A stretch of DNA of 64,000 bases. Source: Takakia lepidozioides. Lineage: Eukaryota > Plantae > Bryophyta. The translations under genes were made by a program, and so were the position numbers. Location of the stretch: NCBI GenBank assembly GCA_030704615.1, contig CM060734.1, forward strand, positions 35,836,001-35,900,000. Reading direction: 5' to 3'. This document shows, one piece after another, positions 63,840 to 64,000 of the stretch (the first letter of the stretch is position 1; every line of letters starts with the position of its first letter). The notes beneath the pieces were generated by a model. It was given only the letters and a program-made list of their open reading frames with translations, was not told the origin of the DNA and searched no databases.

Positions 63840-64000
63840 ATGTCTGCGGCAGTTTGTGGCAAGCGGTCTCTGTTTGACGATTTGCACGGTTCTCCCCCAA
63901 TAGCCAAGCGCCTGCGCTGCTCCCAGGGCAGCTCTCCCATCCGCTTTCCCAGTTCGACCTCACCGAGTACCAGAAGTGGCACTCCCTTTGAGGCCTGCCT
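63840..64000 (+). CDS. Ubiquitin-system CUE-domain family protein, N-terminus (runs off the window)
   Basis: MSAAVCGKRSLFDDLHGSPPIAKRLRCS...SPIRF matches the conserved MSAxVCGKRSxFxD...PxxKRxRC start of this plant family; preceded by a ttccag acceptor at 63782. Confidence 0.75.
   Translation, partial: MSAAVCGKRSLFDDLHGSPPIAKRLRCSQGSSPIRFPSSTSPSTRSGTPFEAC

Overview
Eukaryotic nuclear DNA from an early-diverging land plant, most likely a moss or other bryophyte (inferred from the GAE N-terminus and the long, homogeneous PLS-DYW PPR genes). Intact genes, left to right: UDP-glucuronate 4-epimerase (GAE, 3 coding exons), a PLS-E-DYW PPR RNA-editing factor, an RbfA-family ribosome-binding factor, inositol-tetrakisphosphate 1-kinase (10 exons, minus strand), a second PLS-E-DYW gene, organellar guanylate kinase (minus strand) and the start of a CUE-domain gene. 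Positions 10353-28350 are one Ty1/Copia retrotransposon (paired LTRs, PBS, PPT, 5-bp TSD), swollen to 18 kb by nested CACTA, Gypsy, LINE and SINE pieces and host-gene fragments. It splits an unknown minus-strand ORF. Main find: the second DYW gene (52756-57992) has N-terminal exons encoding up to three OSB-type 'PDF' ssDNA-binding motifs, fused to 26 PLS repeats and a canonical DYW cytidine deaminase. Intron-retaining paralogous PDF+PPR fragments elsewhere in the window suggest a gene family. All calls come from reading the sequence by eye; no database searches were run.
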